Of a DNA stretch of 64,000 bases, positions 1 to 9,232 are shown piece after piece. Every line of letters begins with the position of its first letter. The stretch's first letter is position 1. Source of the stretch: Syntrophales bacterium (lineage in GTDB: Bacteria; Desulfobacterota; Syntrophia; Syntrophales; UBA2210); assembly GCA_963662405.2 (NCBI GenBank), contig CAXXKT010000001.1:1440001-1504000 (forward strand), written 5' to 3'. Under the pieces are notes generated by a model. The model was given only the letters and a program-made list of their open reading frames with translations, was not told the origin of the DNA and ran no database searches. The position numbers and the translations under genes are program-made.

Positions 1-2
1 TC

Positions 3-623
3 AGCTGGGGCCTGCCGGGGACGGATGTCAACTGTTGCGGCGAGAGCGTGGGGAAGGTGGGAAACGCAGCTCTCTTTGAACAGCTCAAAGACAACAACCG
101 AGAGAGATTTGATGCCGCCGGTGTGCGCCGGATCGTCGTCAATTCTCCCCACTGCTATTATACCTTTCGGGAAGAGTATGGTGGCGGGTATGATGTGGTC
201 CATATCGTTGAACTGCTTGCCGAACTGATCCGGGAAGGGAAACTGGTCCCGATGAGGGATCTCGAAGGGGTGAAGATCACCTACCACGATCCCTGCTATC
301 TCGGACGGCACAGTGGCATCTATGATGCCCCCCGTGATGTCCTTCGCTCCATTCCCGGGATTGATTTCGTGGAGATGCCGCGGACAAGGGAGCAGGCGAT
401 CTGTTGCGGCGGCGGCGGCGGCGGACTCTGGACCGAAAGGGAGAAGGGGGAACGGCTCAGCGACCTCCGCGTCGAAGAGGCCCTCGAAACGGGGGCCACG
501 GTGCTGGCAACGGCCTGTCCGTACTGTATTTCTATGCTGGAAGACAGCGTCAAGACGGTTGGCGCCGGTGAGAAGATAGTGGTCAAGGACGTGACGGAAT
601 TGATCCTTGAGAGTCTGGTCTGA
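3..623 (+). CDS. (Fe-S)-binding CCG-domain protein, HdrB/HdrD/BamD-like; 5' truncated by window edge
   Basis: Frame open from base 3 (SWGLPGTDVNCCGES). CCG motifs, YHDPCYLGRH, CCGGGGG and ATACPYC. Lies directly upstream of hdrA. Confidence 0.85.
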   Translation, partial: SWGLPGTDVNCCGESVGKVGNAALFEQLKDNNRERFDAAGVRRIVVNSPHCYYTFREEYGGGYDVVHIVELLAELIREGKLVPMRDLEGVKITYHDPCYLGRHSGIYDAPRDVLRSIPGIDFVEMPRTREQAICCGGGGGGLWTEREKGERLSDLRVEEALETGATVLATACPYCISMLEDSVKTVGAGEKIVVKDVTELILESLV

Positions 624-636
624 GAAGGAGTGGTGT

Positions 637-2598
637 ATGAGTAGCAGGATAGGGGTCTTTGTCTGTGATTGCGGCCTGAATATCGCGCGAACCGTACGGG
701 TCGGCGAGGTCGTCGAATTCGCCCGGCAGCTCCCCGGGGTGGTAATGGCCGAGGAGTACAAGTTCATGTGCTCGACCCCCGGGCAGGAACTGATCCAGGA
801 AAGCATCAAAAAGCATAACCTTGATCGCGTGATCGTTGCCGCCTGTTCCCCCCTGATGCATGAGAAGACCTTTCGGAAGGTCGTGGAGAAGGCCGGGCTG
901 AACCAGTACCTCCTCACCATCGTCAATATCCGCGAGCAGTGCTCGTGGGTGATCTCGGATGTGGACAAGGCGACGGCGAAGGCCAAGGCACTGATCAACG
1001 GGGCCGTGTACCGCTCGCGTCTGTTGACCCCTCTCGATTCGCGGATCATCGAGGTCCAGCCGGGCGTTCTCGTCATCGGCGGCGGGATCGCCGGTATCCA
1101 GACCTCTCTGGAGCTGGCCGCGACGGGTACGAAGGTCTATCTGGTGGAAAAGTCCTCCACCATCGGGGGTCACATGGCCCAGTTCGACAAGACCTTTCCC
1201 ACACTGGACTGCTCCGCCTGCATCCTGACTCCCAAGATGGATGCGGTTCTTCAGAATCCGAACATTGAACTGATAACCTCCGCCGAGGTGACGGAGGTGA
1301 AGGGGTTCGTCGGTAACTTTACGGTCACCGTCCGCCAGCGCGCTCGGTACGTCGATCACGACAAGTGCAACGGGTGCCTTTCCTGCGTGGAGAAATGTCC
1401 CGGGCGGGGGGCATCCGAATTCGACGAGGGGCTGGCGCGGAGGAAGGCGATCTATATCCCCTTTCCCCAGGCCGTTCCCCAGAAGCCCGTCATCGACCGG
1501 GACAGCTGCACCTTTTTCAAAAAGGGGAAGTGCCGGGTCTGTGAGAAAATCTGCGAACAGGGTGCCATCAATTTCGACGAGGAGGATACCCTCCGCGAGA
1601 TCACCGTGGGGGCCCTCGTTGTCGCCACGGGATACGATCTGATGGATGTGAGTCCCCTGGTGCAATACGGCTACGGTACCTATCCGAACGTCTATCACGC
1701 CCTGGAGGTAGAGCGTCTCTTCAACGCGACGGGGCCGACCGAGGGGAACGTGATCATGCGGGACAAGCGGGTCCCGGAGAGCATCGCTATCCTCCATTGC
1801 ATCGGGAGCCGCGACAAGAACTGGCACGAGTACTGCAGTCGGGTCTGTTGCATGTATTCCCTCAAATTCGCTCATCTCTTCAAGGAAAAGACCTCCGCCG
1901 ACGTCTACCAGCTGTACATCGACATGCGCTGTTTCGGAAAGGGGTACGAAGAATTTTACGATCGGCTGCTTGAGGAGGGGGTCAAGTTCATCCGCGGCAA
2001 GGCGGCACGGGTCACGGATCGGGCCATAACCCCCGACGAAGAGGGAAAACTGATCGTCGAGGCGGAGGATACCCTGTCGAGCCAGTTCCTGCGCCTCCCC
2101 GTCGATATGGTTGTTCTGGCCCCGGCGATGGAGGCCAGGGCCGATGCCGGTGAGATCTCCCGGCTCTTGAATGTCAGCCTCGACAAAAATAAGTTTTTCA
2201 TTGAGCGGCACCCGAAGCTTGATCCCCTCGCGACGATGACGGACGGGGTTTTCCTTGCCGGAACCTGCCAGGGACCGAAGGATATCCCCGATACGGTGGC
2301 CCAGGCCATGGGCGCGGCGGCGGAGGCCCTGACGATTGTGGGGAAGGACGAGCTCGAACTGGAGGCCGCGACAGCCTTTGTCAATCCTGCCGCATGCTGC
2401 GGGTGTCACAACTGTGTGCGTGTCTGCCCGTACAGTGCCCCCTCGTTCAATGTCGAGAAGGGGGTATCGGAAATCAACGAGGCCCTGTGCAAGGGATGCG
2501 GTCTCTGTGCGGCAACCTGTCCGGCGGGGGCGATCATGACGCGTCATTTCACCAACGATCAGATTATGGGTGAGTTGGAAGGGTTGATGGAGTGGTAA
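637..2598 (+). CDS. hdrA: Heterodisulfide reductase subunit A family FAD/Fe-S protein
   Basis: RIGVFVCDCG N-terminus, GGGIAG FAD motif, KTFPTLDCSAC, HCIGSRD...YCSRVCCM, C-terminal 2x[4Fe-4S]. SD GAAGGAG precedes ATG 637. Confidence 0.95.
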   Translation: MSSRIGVFVCDCGLNIARTVRVGEVVEFARQLPGVVMAEEYKFMCSTPGQELIQESIKKHNLDRVIVAACSPLMHEKTFRKVVEKAGLNQYLLTIVNIREQCSWVISDVDKATAKAKALINGAVYRSRLLTPLDSRIIEVQPGVLVIGGGIAGIQTSLELAATGTKVYLVEKSSTIGGHMAQFDKTFPTLDCSACILTPKMDAVLQNPNIELITSAEVTEVKGFVGNFTVTVRQRARYVDHDKCNGCLSCVEKCPGRGASEFDEGLARRKAIYIPFPQAVPQKPVIDRDSCTFFKKGKCRVCEKICEQGAINFDEEDTLREITVGALVVATGYDLMDVSPLVQYGYGTYPNVYHALEVERLFNATGPTEGNVIMRDKRVPESIAILHCIGSRDKNWHEYCSRVCCMYSLKFAHLFKEKTSADVYQLYIDMRCFGKGYEEFYDRLLEEGVKFIRGKAARVTDRAITPDEEGKLIVEAEDTLSSQFLRLPVDMVVLAPAMEARADAGEISRLLNVSLDKNKFFIERHPKLDPLATMTDGVFLAGTCQGPKDIPDTVAQAMGAAAEALTIVGKDELELEAATAFVNPAACCGCHNCVRVCPYSAPSFNVEKGVSEINEALCKGCGLCAATCPAGAIMTRHFTNDQIMGELEGLMEW

Positions 2599-2624
2599 CT
2601 GTGAGTAACAAGGAGTAATGTTCC

Positions 2625-3056
2625 ATGGAATTTGAACCGAAGATACTGGGGATCGCCTGCAACTGGTGCACCTATACGGGGGCCGACCTGGCGGGGACGA
2701 CGAGGGTGCAGTATCCCCATAACATCCGGGTCGCCCGGGTGATGTGTTCCAGCCGGATCAACCCGTCCTTCATATTCAGGGCCTTCGAGCTGGGGGCCGA
2801 CGGTGTCCTGGTGGGGGGATGTCACCCCGGGGACTGTCACTACTCGACGGGGAACTACTATGCCCGGCGGAAACTCGCCGTGACCAGAAAGATCCTCGCC
2901 TTCGCCGGCCTGGAGCCGGAGCGATTCCGGGTTGAATGGATCTCCGCCTCGGAAGGGATCCGGTATGCCGATATCGTGAAGGACTTTACCGAGGAGATCA
3001 GGGCACTGGGACCGCAGAAGAGGTTTGCGATCAGGAGGAGGGATACGGAAGCATGA
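2625..3056 (+). CDS. mvhD: MvhD/FlxD [2Fe-2S] subunit
   Basis: ACNWCTYTGADLAG, MCSSRINP, GCHPGDCHY, WISASEG motifs. Confidence 0.95.
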   Translation: MEFEPKILGIACNWCTYTGADLAGTTRVQYPHNIRVARVMCSSRINPSFIFRAFELGADGVLVGGCHPGDCHYSTGNYYARRKLAVTRKILAFAGLEPERFRVEWISASEGIRYADIVKDFTEEIRALGPQKRFAIRRRDTEA

Positions 3057-3904
3057 AGCGGATCGAGGCGCGGCTGAGAGAGGAAGCAAAACGGCTCCTG
3101 GAGACGGGGGAGGTGACGGTCGTCCTCGCGTACGGCAGGGGATACGATGACCGGCACCCCATGCCCTCCGCAGTGAAGACGGCCGCCGATGCGGAACTGA
3201 TCGTCTTCAACGAGTACTGTATCCACAACCTGGCCCGGTACCTGATGGACTATCCACCCGGAACGAGGATCGCCATCGCCGTCAAGGGATGTGACAGCAG
3301 GGCGGTGGTCGTTCTCTTGCAGGAGGAGAAGATCAAGAGAGAGGACCTGGTGATCCTCGGGATCCCCGTGGCGGGGATGAAGGACCCGAAGACCGACCGG
3401 GTCATTGATGCTGCGACGACCGGCGGCACATCAAATCCCGTCCTGTACGATATCCTTCTCGGGGAAACGGTGCCGGAGCCCGATGCGTCACCCTATGCGG
3501 TCCTGGAGGAACTGGAAGGAATGGAAGGTGCCGATCGGTGGGGCTTCTGGCAAAAAGAACTCGGGCGATGCATCCGTTGCTACGCCTGTCGCCAGGCCTG
3601 CCCCCTGTGCTATTGTGATCCCTGCTTCGTCGATCAGTCCCAGCCCCGCTGGGCGGATAAGTCTCCGTCGATCGAGAGCAATCTCATGTTTCACCTGACC
3701 CGCTTTTACCACCTGGCGGGACGGTGCGTCGATTGCGGGGAGTGCTCGCGGGCCTGCCCCATGGAGATTCCCTTGTACCTTTTCCACAAGAAGGTTGCCA
3801 GGGAGTGCGAGGAGATGTTCGGGCAGGCGGCCGGGATGAGCGTGGATGACAAACCGGCGATGGTCGACTTCAGGGTGGAAGACGCGGACGAGATACTGCT
3901 GTAA
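3053..3904 (+). CDS. flxC: FlxC-like 4Fe-4S protein (Flx/Hdr complex)
   Basis: ATGA overlap with mvhD stop. CIRCYACRQACPLCYC and AGRCVDCGECSRACP motifs. Confidence 0.85.
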   Translation: MKRIEARLREEAKRLLETGEVTVVLAYGRGYDDRHPMPSAVKTAADAELIVFNEYCIHNLARYLMDYPPGTRIAIAVKGCDSRAVVVLLQEEKIKREDLVILGIPVAGMKDPKTDRVIDAATTGGTSNPVLYDILLGETVPEPDASPYAVLEELEGMEGADRWGFWQKELGRCIRCYACRQACPLCYCDPCFVDQSQPRWADKSPSIESNLMFHLTRFYHLAGRCVDCGECSRACPMEIPLYLFHKKVARECEEMFGQAAGMSVDDKPAMVDFRVEDADEILL

Positions 3905-3915
3905 GGAGTTGAGGC

Positions 3916-4938
3916 GTGCTGAGAAAGATTGGATTTGAAAAGGTAGAGGCATTGGCATCCGCCCTGATGGAGAAGGGGGAACTCTTTGCCCCGGTCGCGG
4001 ACAGCGCCGGTGTCGATTTTTGGAAGATCGACGATCCCGGCGACGTGACGCTGGACTTCTCCAATACCCTTCGGAGTCCCAAGTCCGTCTTTTTCCCCCA
4101 GGCGGATGATATGGTCCGTTACCGTCTCGCCCATGACGGGATCGAGACCGAAGAGGTCCCCCTCGGTTTTGATCGACGGATTATCCTGGGGGTACGCCCC
4201 TGTGACGTACGGAGCTTTGCGGTGATGGACCAGCTTTTTCTCGGAGACGATATCGTCGACCCCTACTGGGCGGAGAGACGAAAGAACACAACAATCATCG
4301 GGTATGCCTTCGACGCGGTTGAACCGGCCGATTTCTACACCACCTTCGGGATCGGGGCCGCCGACCCGACGGGGAGCGACATCTTCATGATAAAGGGGGA
4401 GGGGGTGTTCCTCCTGAAGGGGATCACGGATCGGGGAGAAGAGCTCCTCGGCGCGATCCCGGTTCTTGAAGACGCCTCGGCGCAGGACGGGGAATATTTC
4501 GAAAAGAAGATAGCGGATAACTCCCAACTCGAGACGCGGATCCTCGGGACGGAAGGGATTGCGAAGAAACTGGAGGGTGTCTTTGAAGATCCGTACTGGA
4601 CCGACGCGGCCGCCCCCTGCCTGAACTGTGGGGTATGCACCTTCGTCTGCCCCACCTGTCACTGCTTCGATATCCAGGACGAGACCCTCTTCGGCGGCGG
4701 CGCGCGCAGGCGGATATGGGACTCGTGCATGTTCACCGATTTTACCTTGCACACGAGCGGACACAACCCCCGGACAAAGAAATCGCAGCGGCTCCGCCAG
4801 CGAATCAATCACAAATTTTCCTATTATATGACCAACTTTGACGTCTTTTCCTGCGTGGGATGCGGTCGGTGCACCCGGTCCTGTCCCGTCAACATCGATA
4901 TCGTGGCCGTTGTTGAAGGGGCGGCTTCACTCCCATAA
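3916..4938 (+). CDS. flxB: FlxB-like (AsrA family) 4Fe-4S protein
   Basis: GVRPCD, CLNCGVCTFVCPTCHCF, WDSCM, CVGCGRCTRSCP motifs. Confidence 0.85.
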   Translation: MLRKIGFEKVEALASALMEKGELFAPVADSAGVDFWKIDDPGDVTLDFSNTLRSPKSVFFPQADDMVRYRLAHDGIETEEVPLGFDRRIILGVRPCDVRSFAVMDQLFLGDDIVDPYWAERRKNTTIIGYAFDAVEPADFYTTFGIGAADPTGSDIFMIKGEGVFLLKGITDRGEELLGAIPVLEDASAQDGEYFEKKIADNSQLETRILGTEGIAKKLEGVFEDPYWTDAAAPCLNCGVCTFVCPTCHCFDIQDETLFGGGARRRIWDSCMFTDFTLHTSGHNPRTKKSQRLRQRINHKFSYYMTNFDVFSCVGCGRCTRSCPVNIDIVAVVEGAASLP

Positions 4939-4965
4939 GAAAAACGATCAGCCGAAAGTGATTTC

Positions 4966-5832
4966 ATGCAGAACCCATACATACCGATACCCGTAGTTGT
5001 GGACAAGATTATCACGGAGGTAACGACGAAGGACATCAAGACCTTTCGTTTTACCTTTGTGAACAAGGAGGATGAGGAGCGTTTTTCTTACCTGCCCGGT
5101 CAGTTTGGTGAGCTTTCGATATTCGGCAAGGGTGAATCGCCGATCGGGATTGCCTCCTCGCCGACGCAGCCCGGTTATCTGGAGTTTACGGTCCAGAAGG
5201 CGGGGGTGGTGACATCGGAGCTTCACAGCATCGAGGAGGGGTTCCGGATGGGGGTGCGAGGTCCCCTGGGGAACACGTGGCCGATCGACTATCTGAAGGG
5301 GAAGAACATCGTGATCGTGGGGGGCGGTTTTGCCTTTACGACGCTGCGGTCCCTTCTCAACTACATGATCCACGAGGACAACCGTTCGGACTTCGGGAAG
5401 ATCACGGTGGTGTACGGGGCCCGTGAGCCGGGGCTGTTGATCTACAAGGACGAGCTGGCGGCCTGGGAGGCCCGGGACGATGTGGACATGAACGTGACGG
5501 TGGACAAGGGAGACGAGGGCTGGACGGGGCGTGAGGGATTCGTTCCGGCGGTCTGCGGGGAGGTAGCTCCCAGTTCGGAGAACGCGGTGGCGGTAATCTG
5601 CGGTCCCCCGATCATGATCCGTTTTACGCTGCCGGTCTTTTTCGACCTCGGTTTTTCGAAGGAGAACATCTACACGTCGCTCGAGATGCGGATGAAGTGC
5701 GGGATCGGCAAGTGCGGTCGGTGTAACGTGGGGAACAAATACGTCTGCAAGGACGGGCCGGTCTTCTCTCTGGCCGAGCTGGACTGGATACCCTCACAAA
5801 AGAGTATTAAAATTGTGATCCGTGGTGTGTGA
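4966..5832 (+). CDS. flxA: FlxA-like FAD/NAD(P)-binding [2Fe-2S] protein (AsrB/PyrK family); C-terminus probably frameshifted
   Basis: PGQF, RGPLGN, ICGPPIM, MKCGIGKCGRC...CKDGPVF motifs. Confidence 0.9.
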   Translation: MQNPYIPIPVVVDKIITEVTTKDIKTFRFTFVNKEDEERFSYLPGQFGELSIFGKGESPIGIASSPTQPGYLEFTVQKAGVVTSELHSIEEGFRMGVRGPLGNTWPIDYLKGKNIVIVGGGFAFTTLRSLLNYMIHEDNRSDFGKITVVYGAREPGLLIYKDELAAWEARDDVDMNVTVDKGDEGWTGREGFVPAVCGEVAPSSENAVAVICGPPIMIRFTLPVFFDLGFSKENIYTSLEMRMKCGIGKCGRCNVGNKYVCKDGPVFSLAELDWIPSQKSIKIVIRGV

Positions 5833-5915
5833 TCCGTATACCGTCGCGACAAATCTCATGGGGCAGACCCCGGGGAGAGACGCCACGCGAATAGTACGAA
5901 GAAAGGTGAGTACGG

Positions 5916-6698
5916 ATGTATTATAATTGTTTGTTGCTGGAGAAAGAAGAAGGTGTCGGGGTCCTTTCCGTTAATCGTCCTGAGGCTCTCAACGCCTTGG
6001 ATATCAACGTCATGAAAGATCTGAAGCAAGCGGTTGGCGATATCGCCGGTGACGATGAGATCCAGGTGCTGGTCATCACCGGTGTGGGTGAAAAGGCCTT
6101 TGTGGCGGGGGCCGACATCAAATTTATGCAGTCCATGACCTCGCTCGAGGGGAGAAGGTGGGGGATGTTGGGGCAGCAGATCTTCAGGGAGATAGAAAAA
6201 ATGGAGAAGCCCACCATAGCCGCCGTGAACGGATTTTGCCTCGGGGGAGGCTGTGAACTCGCCATGGCGGCCGATATCAGACTCGCCTCAGAAAAGGCAA
6301 AATTCGGGCAGCCCGAGGTTGGACTCGGTATAACGCCGGGGCATGGTGGAACGCAGAGGCTCCCGAGATTGATCGGAGAGGGAAGGGCCATGGAACTCTG
6401 TCTGACAGGGGATATGATTGATGCCCAGGAGGCCTATCGAATCGGGCTCGTGAATCACGTCTACCCCGCCTCAGAGTTGATGGATGCGGCGCAGACACTG
6501 GCCCGGCGCATCGCGAAAAACGCCCCTGTTGCCGTAAGACACGCCAAAGTCGCAATCAACCGAGGAATGCAGGTAGATATCGATACGGCGATGACCATCG
6601 AGGCCGATCTCTTCGGCATCTGTTTTTCAACCGCTGATCAAAAGGAAGGGATGGGTGCCTTTATCGAAAAGAGAAAGGCCGCTTTTCAGGGAAAATAG
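5916..6698 (+). CDS. crt: Short-chain enoyl-CoA hydratase (crotonase)
   Basis: AFVAGADI, GGGCELAMAAD, FGQPEVGLG, GGTQRLPRL motifs. Confidence 0.93.
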   Translation: MYYNCLLLEKEEGVGVLSVNRPEALNALDINVMKDLKQAVGDIAGDDEIQVLVITGVGEKAFVAGADIKFMQSMTSLEGRRWGMLGQQIFREIEKMEKPTIAAVNGFCLGGGCELAMAADIRLASEKAKFGQPEVGLGITPGHGGTQRLPRLIGEGRAMELCLTGDMIDAQEAYRIGLVNHVYPASELMDAAQTLARRIAKNAPVAVRHAKVAINRGMQVDIDTAMTIEADLFGICFSTADQKEGMGAFIEKRKAAFQGK

Positions 6699-6720
6699 AG
6701 GCACCGCCACGAACCAAACC

Positions 6721-6747
6721 CATTCCCCCCCCCGCAAGGGGGGAATG
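6721..6747. terminator. Stem-loop between convergent crt and rmlC-like genes
   Basis: CATTCCCCCC...GCAA...GGGGGGAATG inverted repeat. Confidence 0.6.
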
Positions 6748-6772
6748 ATCCTGGAAACAAAGGAGCCTGCCC

Positions 6773-7228
6773 TTATCCGTCTTTTCTTTCCCATTCATAG
6801 GGTATGTCGTTTTCGTGTGGGTGGACACGGAACTCGTCCGGGTCTTCATAATCGTATGTTTCAGTGGGGGTATTGACAACGATGGCCTCCCCCGGTGAGA
6901 CACATTTGAACCCGTGGTAGACGTACGGGGGGATGTGCACCAGGATGGGGTTGTGCTCCCCGACGAAGAATTCGTTGACCTCTCGGTGTGTCGGGGATCC
7001 TTCCCTCCCGTCGTAGAGAACGATCTTCATCGTTCCCTTCACCACCGCCATGTTGTCGGACTGTTTCTTGTGGTAGTGCCACCCCTTGACCACCCCTGGG
7101 TAGGCGGTGGTCATGTAGACCTGGCCGAATCCCTCGAAGACCCCGTCGTCCCGGCGCAATATCTCCATCAACCGTCCCCGCTCATCAGGGATGACCCGCA
7201 ACTTCTTGATCGCAACGCCCTCTATCAT
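6773..7228 (-). CDS. rmlC: dTDP-4-dehydrorhamnose 3,5-epimerase family cupin (RmlC/SpsL-like)
   Basis: MIEGV..K...DERG, GVVKGWHYH, IPPYVYHGF motifs. SD AAGGAGG upstream of ATG 7228. Confidence 0.8.
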   Translation of the reverse strand: MIEGVAIKKLRVIPDERGRLMEILRRDDGVFEGFGQVYMTTAYPGVVKGWHYHKKQSDNMAVVKGTMKIVLYDGREGSPTHREVNEFFVGEHNPILVHIPPYVYHGFKCVSPGEAIVVNTPTETYDYEDPDEFRVHPHENDIPYEWERKDG

Positions 7229-7238
7229 TCCGTCCTCC

Positions 7239-7967
7239 TTACCGGTTGTTCGATCCGGTTTCAGCGACCATATTCCCCGCGTACCGGAGCGAGTCGAAGG
7301 TCCCCGCGTCCGTCCACCAGCCATCCAGGATGTCGTGGGTGATGGTCCCCTTGCCGATGTAATGGTTGTTTACGTCGGTGATCTCCAGCTCACCCCTGTC
7401 CGAGGGCTTCAGGGTCTTGATAAAATCAAAGACCGTATGATCATACATGTAGATCCCGATCACGGCGTATGAAGAGGCCGGGTTCGCGGGTTTCTCGTCG
7501 ATCCGGACGATCCTGCCATTCTCGAATGTCGGGACGCCGAAGCGCTGAGGATCGTGGACCTCCTTGAGAAGGACCTTGGCCCCCTCCTTTTGCCCTTCGA
7601 AGTCCTGGACCGCCTTTTTGATATTTTTTTCAATGATATTGTCACCCAGCATGACGACGATCTTATCGTGATCCGCGAAGAATTCCGCTAGACTCAGGGC
7701 GGCGGCGATGCCCCCTTCACCTTCCTGGTATGTATAATTCAGATGCCGGAGACCGAAATCCTTGCCGTTGCCCAGCAATTTCAGGAAATCGCCGGCATTA
7801 TTCCCTCCCGTGACGATCAGGATCTCGTCTATCCCGGCGTTGACCAGTGTGGCGATCGGATAATATATCATCGGTTTGTCATAGATCGGCAACAAATGCT
7901 TGTTCGTGACCTTCGTGAGCGGGTGCATCCTGGTGCCGAGTCCCCCCGCAAGAACGATTCCCTTCAT
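7239..7967 (-). CDS. rmlA: Glucose-1-phosphate thymidylyltransferase (short SpsI/RmlA form)
   Basis: MKGIVLAGGLGTRMHPLT...KHLLPIYDKPMI, PSDRGELEITD, WWTDAGT motifs. Confidence 0.9.
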   Translation of the reverse strand: MKGIVLAGGLGTRMHPLTKVTNKHLLPIYDKPMIYYPIATLVNAGIDEILIVTGGNNAGDFLKLLGNGKDFGLRHLNYTYQEGEGGIAAALSLAEFFADHDKIVVMLGDNIIEKNIKKAVQDFEGQKEGAKVLLKEVHDPQRFGVPTFENGRIVRIDEKPANPASSYAVIGIYMYDHTVFDFIKTLKPSDRGELEITDVNNHYIGKGTITHDILDGWWTDAGTFDSLRYAGNMVAETGSNNR

Positions 7968-8090
7968 ATATTCGCTCCTCTCTTCGAGATACTCAAAAAC
8001 ACTCGGTACCCCATAGCATATTTTGATGATGCGGGACAACCAATAATACGGATACGCTCGGGATCATTCCTTTTCTTTACACGAGATGTG

Positions 8091-8105
8091 CCATATAGTA
8101 TATGG
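8091..8105. promoter_or_regulatory. Perfect palindrome CCATATA-G-TATATGG in the rmlA/ribD divergent region
   Basis: Inverted repeat seen directly. It overlaps a candidate TTTACA-N17-TATATG promoter of ribD. Confidence 0.35.
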
Positions 8106-8136
8106 TGACACAAATAGACGCACCGGGTGCAGAGCT

Positions 8137-9231
8137 ATGACAGACGAACAGTATATGAAAATGGCCTTGAGCCTTGCCCGGAGGGGAGAAGGGTGGACGA
8201 GTCCCAACCCGATGGTGGGGGCCGTGATCGTCAGGGACGGGGTGGTCCTGGGACGGGGGTTCCACCGGCGGTTCGGTGAGGCACACGCGGAGGTAAACGC
8301 CATCGAGAGTACCGGCGGCTTTTCCCTCGAGGGCGCGACCCTATACGTGACACTGGAGCCCTGCTCCCACCATGGAAAGACTCCTCCCTGTGTCGATCTG
8401 GTTATCAAGGAAAAGCTGGCGCGGGTAGTGATAGGAGGGGTTGATCCCAATCCCCTCGTTGCCGGGAGGGGTATCAGCAAGCTCCGCGGCCACGGGATCG
8501 AGACGACGGTCGGGGTGCTGGAACGGGAGTGCGCGGATCTGAATGAAACGTTCTTTACCTACATGAAGACCGGCATCCCTTTTGTCACGCTCAAGTATGC
8601 CCAGACCATCGATGGAAGGATCGCCTCGTCAACGGGGCATTCCCAATGGATCAGCTCGCCCCCGTCGCTCCGATTCGCTCACCGCCTGCGGGCGAGGCAC
8701 GACGCCGTCCTGGTGGGGATCGGTACGGTCATGGCGGATGACCCGGACCTGCGGGTCCGTCTGGTCAGGGGGAGGAATCCCCTCCGTGTCGTTATCGATC
8801 CCACATTGCGAATTGCCATGGATGCGCGCGTTCTTGATAATCAGGATACCGCCGGAACGCTGATCGTGACCGGGCCGCTGTGTGCCGCCGATAAGCATGC
8901 CGTCTTGCGCGAGAGGGGAATCGAGACGCTGACTGTTGCGCAAGACGATACCGGCAGACTCGATTTGCCGGCGGCACTGAGAGAGCTGGGGAACCGGCAG
9001 GTATCATCGATCCTTGTCGAGGGGGGTGCGGGGATCATTACCTCCTTTGTGAAACAGGGACTCTTTGATCGTATGATCGTCATCAGTGCGCCCAAGATAT
9101 CGGGGAGGGGGATCGAGGCGGTGGGTGACCTGGGGATCTCGAGCATGGACCAGGCCATCACCCTATGGTATGAGCGCGTATTTCGAAGAGGGAATGATGT
9201 CGTTATGTATCTGAGGAGGGGGGAATCCTGA
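8137..9231 (+). CDS. ribD: Riboflavin biosynthesis bifunctional deaminase/reductase
   Basis: SPNPMVGA, HAEV, LEPCSHHGKTPPC, DPNP, VEGG motifs. Confidence 0.95.
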   Translation: MTDEQYMKMALSLARRGEGWTSPNPMVGAVIVRDGVVLGRGFHRRFGEAHAEVNAIESTGGFSLEGATLYVTLEPCSHHGKTPPCVDLVIKEKLARVVIGGVDPNPLVAGRGISKLRGHGIETTVGVLERECADLNETFFTYMKTGIPFVTLKYAQTIDGRIASSTGHSQWISSPPSLRFAHRLRARHDAVLVGIGTVMADDPDLRVRLVRGRNPLRVVIDPTLRIAMDARVLDNQDTAGTLIVTGPLCAADKHAVLRERGIETLTVAQDDTGRLDLPAALRELGNRQVSSILVEGGAGIITSFVKQGLFDRMIVISAPKISGRGIEAVGDLGISSMDQAITLWYERVFRRGNDVVMYLRRGES

Positions 9232-9232
9232 T

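Noticed and set aside
583..2547. Long antisense ORFs (654 aa here; also 12006-13904, 22411-23748, 25634-27292, 34724-35914, 37670-38815)
   Set aside because: They are shadows of well-supported genes on the opposite strand in GC-rich codon usage and carry no recognisable motifs.
637..3056. Possible selenocysteine recoding in HdrA/MvhD
   Set aside because: Both ORFs are full length with Cys at the relevant positions and no in-frame TGA.
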